This document shows positions 10,146 through 20,530 of a DNA stretch of 64,000 nucleotides, one piece after another. The notes beneath the pieces were generated by a model. That model was given only the letters and a program-made list of their open reading frames with translations, was not told where the DNA came from and ran no database searches. The DNA is taken from contig OZ244869.1 of the NCBI GenBank assembly GCA_965221155.1, forward strand, positions 5,087,627 through 5,151,626, given 5' to 3'. The position numbers and the translations under genes were made by a program. Each line of letters begins with the position of its first letter. Position 1 is the stretch's first letter. This DNA comes from an uncultured Candidatus Binatia bacterium. GTDB lineage: Bacteria > Desulfobacterota > Binatia > UBA9968 > JAJDTQ01.

Positions 10146-11240
10146 ATGGAAGACCGGGCAGCATGGTACACCGACGCGGATAGGGACGCGGACGGCGTCG
10201 ACGACGACGCAGCCAACGAAGAAGAGACCTCGGTTACTTATACGATCTCTAGCTACGGGGCTGATTACACCGTAGATAGCATCGTGAAACGCTTGCAACA
10301 GGGTGCATTTTACGTTCCACCTTTTCAACGCTCATACGTATGGTCTCACCCTCAAGCCTCAAGGTTTATTGAATCACTGCTCCTCGGTTTACCGGTTCCC
10401 GGCGTTTTCCTCGCCAAAGAGGAGGTTACAAACAAACATCTCATCATCGACGGCCAACAGCGTTTAAAGACGCTGCAGTTCTTCTACGAGGGGACTTTCA
10501 AAGAAAACCAATTTCGTCTGAAGGACGTTGACATGCGGTGGGAGGGCAAGACGCTAGACGACCTTGACTCGTCCGATCGCCTTCGTTTGGAGGACACCAT
10601 CATTCACGTCACGATCCTTAAACAAGATCAACCGGCAACCGACGACACGAGCATATACCTCGTGTTCGAGCGCCTAAATACAGGCGCGTCACATCTCTAC
10701 CCGCAGGAGATTAGAAATTGTGTCGACTATGGTCGGCTCACGACATTTCTTAACAAGAGCAACGAAGACAAGAGTTGGAGAGCCGTCTACGGACAGCCGA
10801 AGCCCAACCCGCGTTTGAAAGATCAAGAACTAATCTTGAGATTCTTAGCATTCTACTACGAGCATGATCTGTACGAGCGACCCATGAAAGGTTTTTTAAA
10901 TCGGTTTTCGCGTCGAAATAGGCAGTTAGATGAGTCACGAGCGGCAGAATGGCATGAGTTGTTTACTAGCACCATCCGCACAGCTCACCATTTCCTGGGT
11001 CCAAAGGCCTTTCGCCCTGAAAGAAACCTGAATGCGGCGGTCTTTGACGCCGTGATGGTGGCGACCGCGAGTCGCTTGAAAACATCGCCAATCACAGACG
11101 GTACGAAATACGTGACCGCCTATGAGAAGCTACTTGAAGAACGCGAGTTTAGGACTGCATCCACAAGCTCCACTGCCGATGAAAAACATGTTGCCCGGAG
11201 GCTTGAGCTTGCAACCAACGCTCTAGTAGATATCCCCTAG
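10146..11240 (+). CDS. DUF262 (GmrS/ParB-like) domain protein
   Basis: PPFQRSYVWS, SRFIESLLLGLPVP, IIDGQQRL, FERLNTG; lower GC than flanks. Confidence 0.9.
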   Translation: MEDRAAWYTDADRDADGVDDDAANEEETSVTYTISSYGADYTVDSIVKRLQQGAFYVPPFQRSYVWSHPQASRFIESLLLGLPVPGVFLAKEEVTNKHLIIDGQQRLKTLQFFYEGTFKENQFRLKDVDMRWEGKTLDDLDSSDRLRLEDTIIHVTILKQDQPATDDTSIYLVFERLNTGASHLYPQEIRNCVDYGRLTTFLNKSNEDKSWRAVYGQPKPNPRLKDQELILRFLAFYYEHDLYERPMKGFLNRFSRRNRQLDESRAAEWHELFTSTIRTAHHFLGPKAFRPERNLNAAVFDAVMVATASRLKTSPITDGTKYVTAYEKLLEEREFRTASTSSTADEKHVARRLELATNALVDIP

Positions 11241-11696
11241 ATGCTTCTAGCCGCGAAATCCGTCGTTCAGCGTGTGGAAGCTGTCTTGAAAGCCGCTGAT
11301 CTGCTGCCCGAGGAAGCGGAGATACAAGCCCATTGGGCTCGCTACGCTTGTATCCTTTGCGCGGGAGCGATCGAAGTCTGTATCCAGGAAATTCTTATCG
11401 AGTACGTGCGACGACGTTCGAATAAGCAGATTCAGAGCTACCTATCCTTTAAGTACCTCCAGAACCCCAAGACTCAGACAATTGTCTCAGAGCTCAGTCG
11501 TTTTGACCCGCAGTGGGGCGCAGTTGTCCAAACGTTTGTAGAGGGCGAACGAAAGGACGCGATTGACAGCATCATGGCAAACCGAAACATTATTGCGCAC
11601 GGGCGCAGTACAACAATCTCTCTACCTAGAGTAAAGAGGTATTTTAACACCTCGGTTGAGGTTCTGGAGAAAGTTGACGAGATCGTTCTCACCTAA
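11241..11696 (+). CDS. HEPN-domain protein (RiboL-PSP/MAE_28990-like)
   Basis: All-helical 151 aa with QNP and RNIIAHG (RxxxxH) motifs; abuts the DUF262 stop codon. Confidence 0.8.
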   Translation: MLLAAKSVVQRVEAVLKAADLLPEEAEIQAHWARYACILCAGAIEVCIQEILIEYVRRRSNKQIQSYLSFKYLQNPKTQTIVSELSRFDPQWGAVVQTFVEGERKDAIDSIMANRNIIAHGRSTTISLPRVKRYFNTSVEVLEKVDEIVLT

Positions 11697-11909
11697 ATAT
11701 CGAGCTAAAGCGAAACGCAATCGCTTTGCGCTTCATGTACGTTCACCTTGACAGCCGCTCTTTCTTGCCCGACCGTCGTGCTGGCCAAGCCAAATCGGGA
11801 ATTGGGGGGGCAGGGAGGTGCTTCCGTTATCCGTATAACCCCCCTATCCCTGGCGTCCGAATCCTGCCTGTGGTACGGCAGGCGGCCGCTACGAGAAATT
11901 GCCCTTTGA

Positions 11910-12593
11910 TCAGTGCGGATTGAACTGTCCCCCGATGGGCGGATTCACCAGTGCGCTCTCATCCCCGGCATCGGTATCCTCCCCCGTCACCCTCACCTTC
12001 CGCCCTTCGATGACGAGCCGACCTTCGCTGTAGAGCTGAATGGCGCGCGTATAGATGCGGTGCTCTTGGACCAGGATTCGTTGCGCCAGGGTTTCCTCGG
12101 TGTCGTCGGGAAGGACGGGGACGACGGCCTGGATGATGACGGGGCCTTCGTCGCAGCCTTCGCTGACGAAGTGGACGGTGCAGCCGGAGAACCGCACGCC
12201 GTATTCGAAGGCCTGCCGCTGGCCGTGGAGGCCGGCGAAGGACGGCGACAGCGCGGGATGGATGTTCATGATGCGGTCGGGGAAGCTCTGGATAAAGAAC
12301 GGCGACAGCAGCCTCATGAATCCGGCCAGCACCACGAGCTCGACGCCCTGCGCCTTGAGGTGCTCCACGACCACCCGGTCGTAGGCCTCCCGTGACGGGC
12401 GGCCGCGGTGGTCGATGACGGTGGCGGGAATGTTGTGGTTGCGGGCGCGGGTAAGGCCGTAGGTGTTCTCGCGGTTGCTGACGACCGTGCGGATGTCCGC
12501 GTCCAGCCGATCCTGCTCGATGGCGTCGATGATCGCCTGGAGGTTGGTGCCCCCGCCCGAGAGCAGCACGCCGATGGGGAGTTTGCGGTTCAT
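11910..12593 (-). CDS. purN: Phosphoribosylglycinamide formyltransferase
   Basis: SGGGTNLQAII, LAGFMRLL, NIHPAL, GCTVHFV. Confidence 0.97.
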   Translation of the reverse strand: MNRKLPIGVLLSGGGTNLQAIIDAIEQDRLDADIRTVVSNRENTYGLTRARNHNIPATVIDHRGRPSREAYDRVVVEHLKAQGVELVVLAGFMRLLSPFFIQSFPDRIMNIHPALSPSFAGLHGQRQAFEYGVRFSGCTVHFVSEGCDEGPVIIQAVVPVLPDDTEETLAQRILVQEHRIYTRAIQLYSEGRLVIEGRKVRVTGEDTDAGDESALVNPPIGGQFNPH

Positions 12594-12630
12594 GGGAATG
12601 CTCGTGTGCCCCGCGCCAATGGTGACGGGG

Positions 12631-13335
12631 ACGGGCGGGTTTGAAACCCGCCCCTACATCCTTTCGTCTTCAATCACGGGGGACGGGCGGGTTTGAAACC
12701 CGCCCCTACATCCTTTCGTCTTCAATCACGGGGGACGGGCGGGTTTGAAACCCGCCCCTACATCCTTTCGTCTTCAATCACGGGGGACGGGCGGGTTTGA
12801 AACCCGCCCCTACATCCTTTCGTCTTCAATCACGGGGGACGGGCGGGTTCGAAACCTGCCCCTACATCCTTTCGTCTTCAATCACAGGGCACGGGCGGGT
12901 TCGAAACCTGCCCCTACATCCTTTCGTCTTCAATCACGGGGGACGGGCGGGTTCGAAACCTGCCCCTACATCCTTTCGTCTTCGATCACGGGGGACGGGC
13001 GGGTTTGAAACCCGCCCCTACATCCTTTCGTCTTCAATTACGGGGGACGGGCGGGTTCGAAACCTGCCCCCTACATCCTTTCGTCTTCAATCACGGGGGA
13101 CGGGCGGGTTCGAAACCTGCCCCTACATCCTTTCGTCTTCAATCACGGGGTACGGGCGGGTTCGAAACCTGCCCCTACATCCTTTCGTCTTCAATCACAG
13201 GGCACGGGCGGGTTCGAAACCTGCCCCTACATCCTTTCGTCTTCGATCACGGGGGACGGGCGGGTTTGAAACCCGCCCCTACATCCTTTCGTCTTCAATC
13301 GCGGGGTACGGGTGGGTTTGAAACCCGCCGTACAC
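12631..13335. repeat. Tandem array of 14 REP copies with 52-bp period
   Basis: REP starts at 12631, 12683, 12735, 12787, 12839, 12891, 12943, 12995, 13047, 13100, 13152, 13204, 13256, 13308; near-constant linker TCCTTTCGTCTTCAATCACGGGGG. Confidence 0.95.
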
Positions 13336-13369
13336 GGATATCGGGCGCCGGCCGGTTTGTGCCCGCGCC

Positions 13370-14404
13370 CTACGTCACGAACGAGACGCCGCGGCGGCCC
13401 TTGCGGATCTCGCCGATGACGGCGTAGGGCTCGCGGCGGCGGCGCAGGGTGCGTTCGACCCCTCCCGCCGCGTCCGCGCCCACCACGAGGGCCATGCCGA
13501 TGCCGTTGTTGAAGGTGCGGTCCATCTCCGCCTGAGGCACGCCTCCCGACCGCGCGATCAGGTCGAATATCGGCGGGACCGGCCAGCTTCCCCGGCGCAC
13601 CCAGGCGCGCAGCCCCGGCGGCAGCACGCGCGGCAGGTTCCCGACGATGCCGCCGCCGGTGATGTGGGCGATGCCCTTGATCCGGTGACGGGCGGTCAGG
13701 CCGCGGATCAGTGCGGCGTAAATCCGGGTCGGCTTCAGCAACTCGTCCGCCAGGGAATGTCCCAGCTCCGCCACCCGGGATTTCAGTTTGAGCTTTGCAG
13801 TTTCCAGCAGGACTTTCCGGGCCAGCGAATAGCCGTTGCTGTGCAGCCCGCTGGACGGCAGGCCGATGATCACGTCCCCGGCCCGCACGGCGCGGGGGTC
13901 GGGGATTCGGTCCTTCTCGACGATGCCGACGCTGAACCCCGCCAGATCGTACTCGCCGTCCCGGTAGAAGGACGGCATTTCCGCGGTCTCCCCGCCCAGG
14001 AGCGCGCACCCCGCCAGGCGGCAGCCTTCGGCGACCCCGCCCACCACGGCCCGGAAGGTGGCGGGTTCGAGCTTGCCGGTGGCGAAGTAGTCGAGAAAGA
14101 ACAGCGGCTCCGCGGCCTGGGTGAGGATGTCGTTGACGCCCATGGCCACGAGGTCGATGCCCACGGTGTCGTGACGGTTGGCCATGAAGGCGATCTTGAG
14201 CTTGGTGCCCGCCCCGTCCGTGGACGACACCAGCACGGGCCGCCGGCCGCGGATGCGGGTGAGGTCGAAGAGCCCGCCGAACCCGCCGATGCCTCCCATG
14301 ACACCGGGCCGGGCGGTCTTGCGGGCCATGGACGCAATCGAGCGGACCAGGCGGTTGGCTCCTTCCACGTCCACGCCGGCGTCCTTGTAGGTGAGCTTTG
14401 CCAT
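13370..14404 (-). CDS. purM: Phosphoribosylformylglycinamidine cyclo-ligase (AIR synthetase)
   Basis: TYKDAGVD, GGFGGLF, TDG.GTK, GGETAEMP, SSGLHSNGYSL. Confidence 0.97.
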   Translation of the reverse strand: MAKLTYKDAGVDVEGANRLVRSIASMARKTARPGVMGGIGGFGGLFDLTRIRGRRPVLVSSTDGAGTKLKIAFMANRHDTVGIDLVAMGVNDILTQAAEPLFFLDYFATGKLEPATFRAVVGGVAEGCRLAGCALLGGETAEMPSFYRDGEYDLAGFSVGIVEKDRIPDPRAVRAGDVIIGLPSSGLHSNGYSLARKVLLETAKLKLKSRVAELGHSLADELLKPTRIYAALIRGLTARHRIKGIAHITGGGIVGNLPRVLPPGLRAWVRRGSWPVPPIFDLIARSGGVPQAEMDRTFNNGIGMALVVGADAAGGVERTLRRRREPYAVIGEIRKGRRGVSFVT

Positions 14405-14429
14405 GGGTCAACTGATACCGCGCTTGGCG

Positions 14430-14487
14430 GCCCGTATCGACAGACGGCGCGATGCGGGCGCGGGCGGGTTTGAAACCCGCCCCTACA
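14430..14487. repeat. Extended REP unit (family A plus about 30-bp conserved arm)
   Basis: GCCCGTATCGACAGACGGCGCGATGCGGGC + REP; a similar arm occurs at 18105-18140, 26279-26336 and 27333-27390. Confidence 0.85.
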
Positions 14488-14519
14488 CACGGGTCGTCCT
14501 GCTCCGGGGTGCCGCGACG

Positions 14520-15215
14520 CTACTGCTGTTGCCCCTGGAGCATCTCCAGGGCACGGCGCGCCGCTTCCTGCTCAGACTGCTTCTTGCTCCGGCCCTCTCC
14601 CTGACCCACCAGATGGCCGCCCACACGGATCTCGGTCTCGAAATACCTGTCATGGCTCGGGCCGGATTCCCGTATCAGCCGATAGGAGGGTGGAACACGG
14701 TAGAGGCGCTGGCTGACTTCCTGGAGGCGGGTCTTGTAGTCGTCCAGCCCCAACCCGGTGTGGTCGAGGTCCGCCGCGAAATGGGTCTCCACCACCGGTC
14801 TCACCGCTTCGTAGCCATTCTCCCAGTAGATGCCGCCCAGCAGCGCCTCCAGCGACGCTGCCAGGATGGAGTCCTTGTGCCGGCCGCCGGTGCGCTCCTC
14901 GCCCTTGCCCACCCGCAGCATCGCGCCGACCCGCAGGACACGGGCCTTTTCCGCCAGTATCTTCCGGTTCACCAGCGACGCTCGCATACGCGAAAGATCA
15001 CCCTCGCTCCGTTCGGGGAACCGGTGCATGAGCATGTCGCTGATGGCGAGGCTCAGCACCGCGTCGCCGAGGAACTCCAGGGTCTCGTTGTGAGCGTCCG
15101 GGCCGCCGCCGCAGGATACGTGGGTCAGACAGCGGCTCAACAGCACCGGGTCCCTGAAGCGGTAGCCGAGGGCGTCCTGGAACCGCTCCAACTCGGTGGA
15201 ATCCGCCATCAGCAT
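14520..15215 (-). CDS. rnc: Ribonuclease III
   Basis: NETLEFLGDAVL signature and C-terminal dsRBD (DYKTRLQE...GRSKKQSEQEAA). Confidence 0.97.
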   Translation of the reverse strand: MLMADSTELERFQDALGYRFRDPVLLSRCLTHVSCGGGPDAHNETLEFLGDAVLSLAISDMLMHRFPERSEGDLSRMRASLVNRKILAEKARVLRVGAMLRVGKGEERTGGRHKDSILAASLEALLGGIYWENGYEAVRPVVETHFAADLDHTGLGLDDYKTRLQEVSQRLYRVPPSYRLIRESGPSHDRYFETEIRVGGHLVGQGEGRSKKQSEQEAARRALEMLQGQQQ

Positions 15216-16534
15216 TCGACTTCCCCCCAAAGGCGTCCACGGGACCACTGCCGGAGCCTTACGCGGACCTCACGATGGATGAGGTCGGGGCCGCCGGCAA
15301 CGAGCACCGGCAGATAGTTGCGGCTGTAGCCCTTGACCCCGCCCGGCTCACCCGCCACCGGCTCTTCCACCAGAACGGACACCCGGCGTCCGACCTGACT
15401 CCGGTAGAACTCGTGCTTCTTCCGGGTGCCGAGATCCCGCGCCCGGCGCGAGCGTTCCTTCTTCTCGGCCGGTGATACCTGATCGGGCATGTCCGCCGCC
15501 GGAGTGCCCCGGCGGATGGAGTAAGGGAACACGTGAAAGTACGTCAGCGGCAGGTCCGAGAGGAAATCCAGCGAACCGGCAAAGGCGGCTTCCGTCTCCC
15601 CTGGAAAACCCACGATGACATCCGTCCCCAGGGCGGCACACGGCAGCTTTCCCCGCGCTCGCGCCATCAACCGGGCGAAGTAGGCGGTGTCGTAGTTGCG
15701 CCGCATCTTCTTGAGGATGCCGTCCTCCCCCGCCTGGACGCACACGTGCAGGTGCGGGCAGATCACGTCCGAGCCGGCCATCACCGCCAGCAGCTCGTCC
15801 GTCACCTCCCGCGGGTCCAGGGAGCTCAAGCGCAGGCGGCGAATCAACCCGCTGCCGGCAATCCGCCGCACCAACTCGCTCAGGGACACCCGGGGCGCGA
15901 GATCGTGACCGTACCCCCCGAGATGGATGCCGGTGAGGACGATCTCCGTGAAACCCGACTCCGCGAGCCCGCGCACCTGTTCCAGGACCTGCTCCGGCGG
16001 CACGCTGCGGCCGCGCCCCCGGGCGGTGGGGATGATGCAATAGCTGCAGGCGAAGTTGCACCCTTCCTGTACCTTGAGAAACGCCCGGGTGCGCCCGAGG
16101 AAGCCCCGTGTGCCCAGGACGCCCACGCCGCGCTCGTCCCGCGGATTGCCGACGGAGACCGCGGGCCCGGCCGCCGACCCTCCGTCCGTGACGTAACGCA
16201 CCAACTCGTCCATGCGGTTGAGGCCGGCCACGAAGTCGACGCCGGGAAGCCCGGATACCTCCTCCGGGCTGACCTGCGCGTAACAGCCGGTCACCGCCAC
16301 CCGCGCCGCCGGGCTCCGTCTCCTGGCCTTGCGCACGAGCTGGCGTGCTTCCCAATCCGCCCGGTCCGTCACCGTGCAGGTATTGATCACGTAGACGTCG
16401 GCCGGATCCTCGAAGGGGACGAAGGAGCAGGACTCCCGGGCCAGACGTTCCTGGATCACCGCGGTGTCATACTGGTTGATCTTGCAACCCAGTGTCTTGA
16501 TGGCGACGCGCATGGCTGCTTGCGTTGCCCTCAC
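15209..16534 (-). CDS. mtaB: tRNA t6A methylthiotransferase
   Basis: TLGCKINQYD, INTCTVT, KVQEGCNFACSYC radical-SAM motif, HVFPYS. Confidence 0.92.
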   Translation of the reverse strand: MRATQAAMRVAIKTLGCKINQYDTAVIQERLARESCSFVPFEDPADVYVINTCTVTDRADWEARQLVRKARRRSPAARVAVTGCYAQVSPEEVSGLPGVDFVAGLNRMDELVRYVTDGGSAAGPAVSVGNPRDERGVGVLGTRGFLGRTRAFLKVQEGCNFACSYCIIPTARGRGRSVPPEQVLEQVRGLAESGFTEIVLTGIHLGGYGHDLAPRVSLSELVRRIAGSGLIRRLRLSSLDPREVTDELLAVMAGSDVICPHLHVCVQAGEDGILKKMRRNYDTAYFARLMARARGKLPCAALGTDVIVGFPGETEAAFAGSLDFLSDLPLTYFHVFPYSIRRGTPAADMPDQVSPAEKKERSRRARDLGTRKKHEFYRSQVGRRVSVLVEEPVAGEPGGVKGYSRNYLPVLVAGGPDLIHREVRVRLRQWSRGRLWGEVEC

Positions 16535-16645
16535 CCCAACCCTCTCCCAGAGGGAGAGGGGGTCGGAGGGACTGACCCGCTCCCGGAAGAAGAGGGAGCC
16601 GGAGACGTTGCCCCTCCCACAAAGGGAGAGGGGGTCGGAGGGGCA
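16528..16645. repeat. Family B palindromic repeats inside the mnmA 3' end
   Basis: CCCTCACCCCAACCCTCTCCCAGAGGGAGAGGGG plus two degenerate copies. Confidence 0.85.
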
Positions 16646-17697
16646 ACTCTTGCCTTGTCGATCCAGCCGCCGCCCAGCACCTGCTCGCCGCGGTAGAACA
16701 CCGCGGCCTGCCCCGGGGTCACCGACGGCAGCGGCTCGTCGGGGCGAACCTCGACGCCATGGCCGTCCAGGGGCCTCAGAGTGCAGGGCACCGGCTTCGA
16801 GCGATAGCGCACCTGGACCTCGGCCACCGTTTCCTCGCCGAGGGGTTCGAGCCAGTTCAAGCGGCTCGCGGTAAAGGACGGGGTACTCAACTCTTCGCGC
16901 GTGCCCACCACCACCCGTCTCTGTTCCGCGTCGATGCGGAGCACGTACAACGGCCGCGGCGCGGCGATGCCGAGACCCCTTCGCTGTCCCACGGTGAATC
17001 CGTGCACGCCGTTGTGATGCCCGAGGACGTTTCCACGGCTGTCCACGATCTCTCCGGAACCGAGCTGGTCGGCCCTGGCCATGGACTCCACCACCGCGCG
17101 GTGGTCCTCAAGGCAAATGTCCTGGCTCTCCGGCCGGTCGGCCACCGCGAGCCCCATCTCCCGTGCCTTGGCGCGCACGGCCTCCTTGTGAAGCTCACCC
17201 AGTGGGAACATGGTTCGCTCAAGCTGGCGCCGCGAGAGTGCGAAGAGGAAGTACGACTGGTCCTTGTTGGGATCCGACCCGCGCAGCAGCGAGGCGCCGC
17301 CGCGCTCGATGCGGGCGTAGTGACCCGTGGCAATGTGGGAAATCCCCCGGTCTTCCGCCCACGCCAGCAGCTTCTCGATCTTGAAATTCCGGTTGCAGGC
17401 GACACACGGATTGGGCGTGGTCCCCTCCAGATAACTCTGGGCAAAAGGCGCCACCACCACGTTACGGAAATCGTCCCGATGGTCCAGTACCGTGTGCGGG
17501 ATGCCCAGCCGAGCCGCCACCTCTGCCGCTCCCCGGTGATCCGAGCAGTTGCGCGGCCCCAGGTTCCGGCCCTCCCAAAGGCGCAGCGACACCCCCACCA
17601 CCTGGTACCCCTGCTCCACCAGGAGACCGGCGGCCACCGAGCTGTCCACGCCCCCGCTCATGGCCACCGCCACTCTCTTTTCCGCTGATGCTTTCAT
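16531..17697 (-). CDS. mnmA: tRNA 2-thiouridylase with a repeat-derived C-terminal tail
   Basis: AMSGGVDSS, TPNPCVACN, ATGHYA, KDQSYFL, ESQDIC, TPGQAAVFY. Confidence 0.96.
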   Translation of the reverse strand: MKASAEKRVAVAMSGGVDSSVAAGLLVEQGYQVVGVSLRLWEGRNLGPRNCSDHRGAAEVAARLGIPHTVLDHRDDFRNVVVAPFAQSYLEGTTPNPCVACNRNFKIEKLLAWAEDRGISHIATGHYARIERGGASLLRGSDPNKDQSYFLFALSRRQLERTMFPLGELHKEAVRAKAREMGLAVADRPESQDICLEDHRAVVESMARADQLGSGEIVDSRGNVLGHHNGVHGFTVGQRRGLGIAAPRPLYVLRIDAEQRRVVVGTREELSTPSFTASRLNWLEPLGEETVAEVQVRYRSKPVPCTLRPLDGHGVEVRPDEPLPSVTPGQAAVFYRGEQVLGGGWIDKARVAPPTPSPFVGGATSPAPSSSGSGSVPPTPSPSGRGLG

Positions 17698-17746
17698 TGT
17701 ACTTTCGCTCCGCGAAGCCTGTCCCGAGCGGGGCAGTGGCCTGGGC

Positions 17747-18140
17747 ACGGGCGGGTTTGAAACCCGTCCCTACATTTCTTGATCGGGCCTCCGAGGAATT
17801 GCGCCACCCGATCAGAGTCTCCCTGGGAGCCTGCGCCGCGGGAACCCGACATCCAATGTACGGGCGGGTTTCAAACCCGTCCCTACATTTCTTGATCGGG
17901 CCTCCGAGGAATTGCGTCACCCGACCAGAGTCTCCCCATGACCCTGCGCCGCAGGAACCCGACATCCAATGTACGGGCGGGTTTGAAACCCGCCCCTACA
18001 TTTCTTGATCGGGCCTCCGAGGAATTGCGCCACCAGATCAGAGTCGCCCCATGACCCTGCGCCGCGGGAATCCGACATCCGATGTAGGGGCGGGTTTCAA
18101 ACCCGCCCGTGCCCGCATCTCGCTGTTGGCCGATACAGGC
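17747..18140. repeat. BIME/REPIN-like composite: 3 x 113-bp units closed by an inverted REP
   Basis: REPs at 17747, 17860, 17973 each followed by TTTCTTGATCGGGCCTCCGAGGAATTGCG...; inverted REP at 18083-18110. Confidence 0.9.
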
Positions 18141-18142
18141 TC

Positions 18143-18856
18143 CTAGTTCTTGTACCGGCGGGTCTCTTCCACTTCTTCCCGATGCCGCTCCTCCAGGCCG
18201 ACCTGCTTGGCATCGAGTTCGTTCACCCGTTTTTCGAGTCTTTGGATGTATTCCGCCAGATTGCTCAGGGACTTGGCCATGGGGTCCGGCAGTCGATGGT
18301 GATCCAGGGCGATCTGGTGCTCGACCGGATCCCGGTGCACGCCGTCCCCTTCCACCACCTTGCCCGGCACACCCACGACCGTGGAGTTCTCCGGCACGTC
18401 CTTCACCACCACCGAACCCGAGCCGATCTTGCTGTTCCGTCCCACCACCACCGGGCCCAGCACGATGGCTCCGGCGCCGATGATGACGCAGTCCGCCACC
18501 GTGGGATGGCGCTTCTCCCTGCGCAGGCTGATGCCGCCCAGGGTGACCCCTTGATACAAGGTCACGTCATCGCCGATCTCCGAGGTCTCGCCGATGACCA
18601 CCCCCATGCCGTGATCGATGAAGAACCGGTGTCCCACCGTAGCGCCCGGATGGATCTCGATGCCGGTGAAGAAACGGCTCAGGTGACTCAAGAAACGCGC
18701 GAGGTTTCTCCAGCCACCGTGCCACAGCCGGTGGGCGACGCGATGGAACAGCAGCGCGTGCACCCCCGGATAGCTGACCAGGATCTCGAACAGGTTCCGC
18801 GCCGCGGGATCCCGCTCGAATGCCACCCGGACATCCTCTTTGAGAATACTCCACAT
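18143..18856 (-). CDS. cysE: Serine O-acetyltransferase
   Basis: [34 protein letters not shown]; start at MWSILKE. Confidence 0.96.
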   Translation of the reverse strand: MWSILKEDVRVAFERDPAARNLFEILVSYPGVHALLFHRVAHRLWHGGWRNLARFLSHLSRFFTGIEIHPGATVGHRFFIDHGMGVVIGETSEIGDDVTLYQGVTLGGISLRREKRHPTVADCVIIGAGAIVLGPVVVGRNSKIGSGSVVVKDVPENSTVVGVPGKVVEGDGVHRDPVEHQIALDHHRLPDPMAKSLSNLAEYIQRLEKRVNELDAKQVGLEERHREEVEETRRYKN

Positions 18857-18894
18857 GGGCGGCTTACACTCGGAAGACCGGCCGGACCCTTCCG

Positions 18895-20526
18895 TCAGGG
18901 CGCGGGTGCCGCCGCGGCCTGACCTTTCCCGGCGTGGCCCTTCCCCGCGTGCCCTTTCCGCTTCTTGTCCTTGTAGAGTTTGTAGTCGATGCTGTCCACG
19001 AGCGCCTGCCAGCTCGCCTCGATGACGTTCTGCGACACCCCCACCGTACCCCACTGGCTCTGGCCGTCTCCCGACTCGATGAGCACCCGGACCGCGGCGC
19101 CGGTACCTTCCCCCGACGCCAGCACCCGGACCTTGTAGTCCAGCAGCTCGACTTCATCCAGGGACGGGTAGAACCCGGTGAGCGCCTTGCGGAGGGCCTG
19201 GTCCAGCGCATGGACCGGACCGCTGCCCAGGGCCGCCGCGTGCTCCATCACGCCGCCCACCTCCACCTTGACGGTGGCCTCCGACAGGGGCGGCTCGCTT
19301 TCCACCCGCTTCTCGTCGATGACCCGGAACCCGTCCAGCCGGAAGTTGCGCTTCTTCCTTCCCAGCGCCTCCTGGATCAGCAGCTCGAAGGATGCCTCCG
19401 CGGCCTCGAACTCGTAACCCTGGCTCTCGAGCTCCTTGATCCGGTTGAGGATCTGATGCACGGCCTGGTCCTGGCCGTTCAGGTCGATGTCGTACTCCCG
19501 GGCCTTGTAGACGATGTTGCTGCGCCCGGAAAGGTCGGAGACCAGCACGCGCTGGCGGCTGCCCACCAGCTCGGGCTCGATGTGCTCGTAGGTCTCGCGG
19601 TTCTTGATGATGCCCGAGACGTGAAGCCCGCCCTTGTGCGCGAACGCGCTGTCGCCCACGTACGCCTGCCGCTTGCCGGGTACGACGTTGGCCAGCTCGT
19701 ACACGAGATGAGAAATCTCTCGCAGCTTGCGCAACTGCGACGGCCGGACACACTTGTAGCCCTGTTTCAACTGGAGGTTGGGCAGCACCGAGCACAGGTT
19801 CAGGTTGCCGCAGCGCTCGCCGAAGCCGTTGATCGTGCCCTGGACCTGCCGGACGCCCTTCTCCACCGCCACCATGGTGTTGGCAACGGCCAACTCGCAG
19901 TCGTTGTGGCAATGGATCCCCAGCGGCACCTTCACCTCCTCCTTGGCCCGCGCCACCGCCGCGCCGATTTCGGCGGGCAACCTGCCGCCGTTGGTGTCGC
20001 AAAGGACGAGCCAGTCGGCGCCGCCGGCCTCGGCCGCCTTGAGGCACTCCAGCGCGAACTCGGGGTTGCTGCGGTAGCCGTCGAAGAAATGCTCGGCGTC
20101 GAAAACCACCTCGTCGACGCGCGTCTTCATGTAGGCGATGGAATCGGCGATCACTTCCAGGTTGGCCTTCTTGCTGATGCGCAGGTCGTCGCGCACGTGG
20201 AGGTCCCAGGTCTTGCCCACCAGCGTCACCACCGGCGTCTTGGCCGCCAGCAACAGCTTCAGGCTGGTATCCTGGGCCGGTTTCACCGACGGCCGGCGTG
20301 TGGTTCCGAAGGACGCCACCCGGGTCTTCTTGAGATCCAGCTTCCGGACCTCCTTGAAGAACTCGGCGTCGCGCGGGTTGGATCCGGGGTAACCGCCTTC
20401 AATGTAGTGAATGCCCAGCTCGGCCAGGCTCTCGGCAATCCGCAGCTTGTCCTTCAGGCTGAAGGCGACGTCCTCGCTCTGGCACCCGTCCCGCAAGGTC
20501 GTATCGTAAAACAACAAATCACTCAT
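18895..20526 (-). CDS. cimA: Citramalate synthase
   Basis: [46 protein letters not shown]. Confidence 0.92.
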   Translation of the reverse strand: MSDLLFYDTTLRDGCQSEDVAFSLKDKLRIAESLAELGIHYIEGGYPGSNPRDAEFFKEVRKLDLKKTRVASFGTTRRPSVKPAQDTSLKLLLAAKTPVVTLVGKTWDLHVRDDLRISKKANLEVIADSIAYMKTRVDEVVFDAEHFFDGYRSNPEFALECLKAAEAGGADWLVLCDTNGGRLPAEIGAAVARAKEEVKVPLGIHCHNDCELAVANTMVAVEKGVRQVQGTINGFGERCGNLNLCSVLPNLQLKQGYKCVRPSQLRKLREISHLVYELANVVPGKRQAYVGDSAFAHKGGLHVSGIIKNRETYEHIEPELVGSRQRVLVSDLSGRSNIVYKAREYDIDLNGQDQAVHQILNRIKELESQGYEFEAAEASFELLIQEALGRKKRNFRLDGFRVIDEKRVESEPPLSEATVKVEVGGVMEHAAALGSGPVHALDQALRKALTGFYPSLDEVELLDYKVRVLASGEGTGAAVRVLIESGDGQSQWGTVGVSQNVIEASWQALVDSIDYKLYKDKKRKGHAGKGHAGKGQAAAAPAP

Positions 20527-20530
20527 GCAC

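Noticed and set aside
12631-13335. CRISPR array
   Set aside because: Intervening sequences are near-identical rather than unique spacers, the repeat is the dispersed REP, and no cas genes are present
12745-13427. Repetitive ORFs ([13 protein letters not shown])
   Set aside because: Translations of the REP array in several frames; no RBS or domain support
17747-18110. Mini CRISPR array
   Set aside because: The 85-bp linkers are copies of each other
18920-18960. KGHAG tandem at the CimA C-terminus
   Set aside because: Short 15-bp slippage repeat in a disordered tail; no evidence of function
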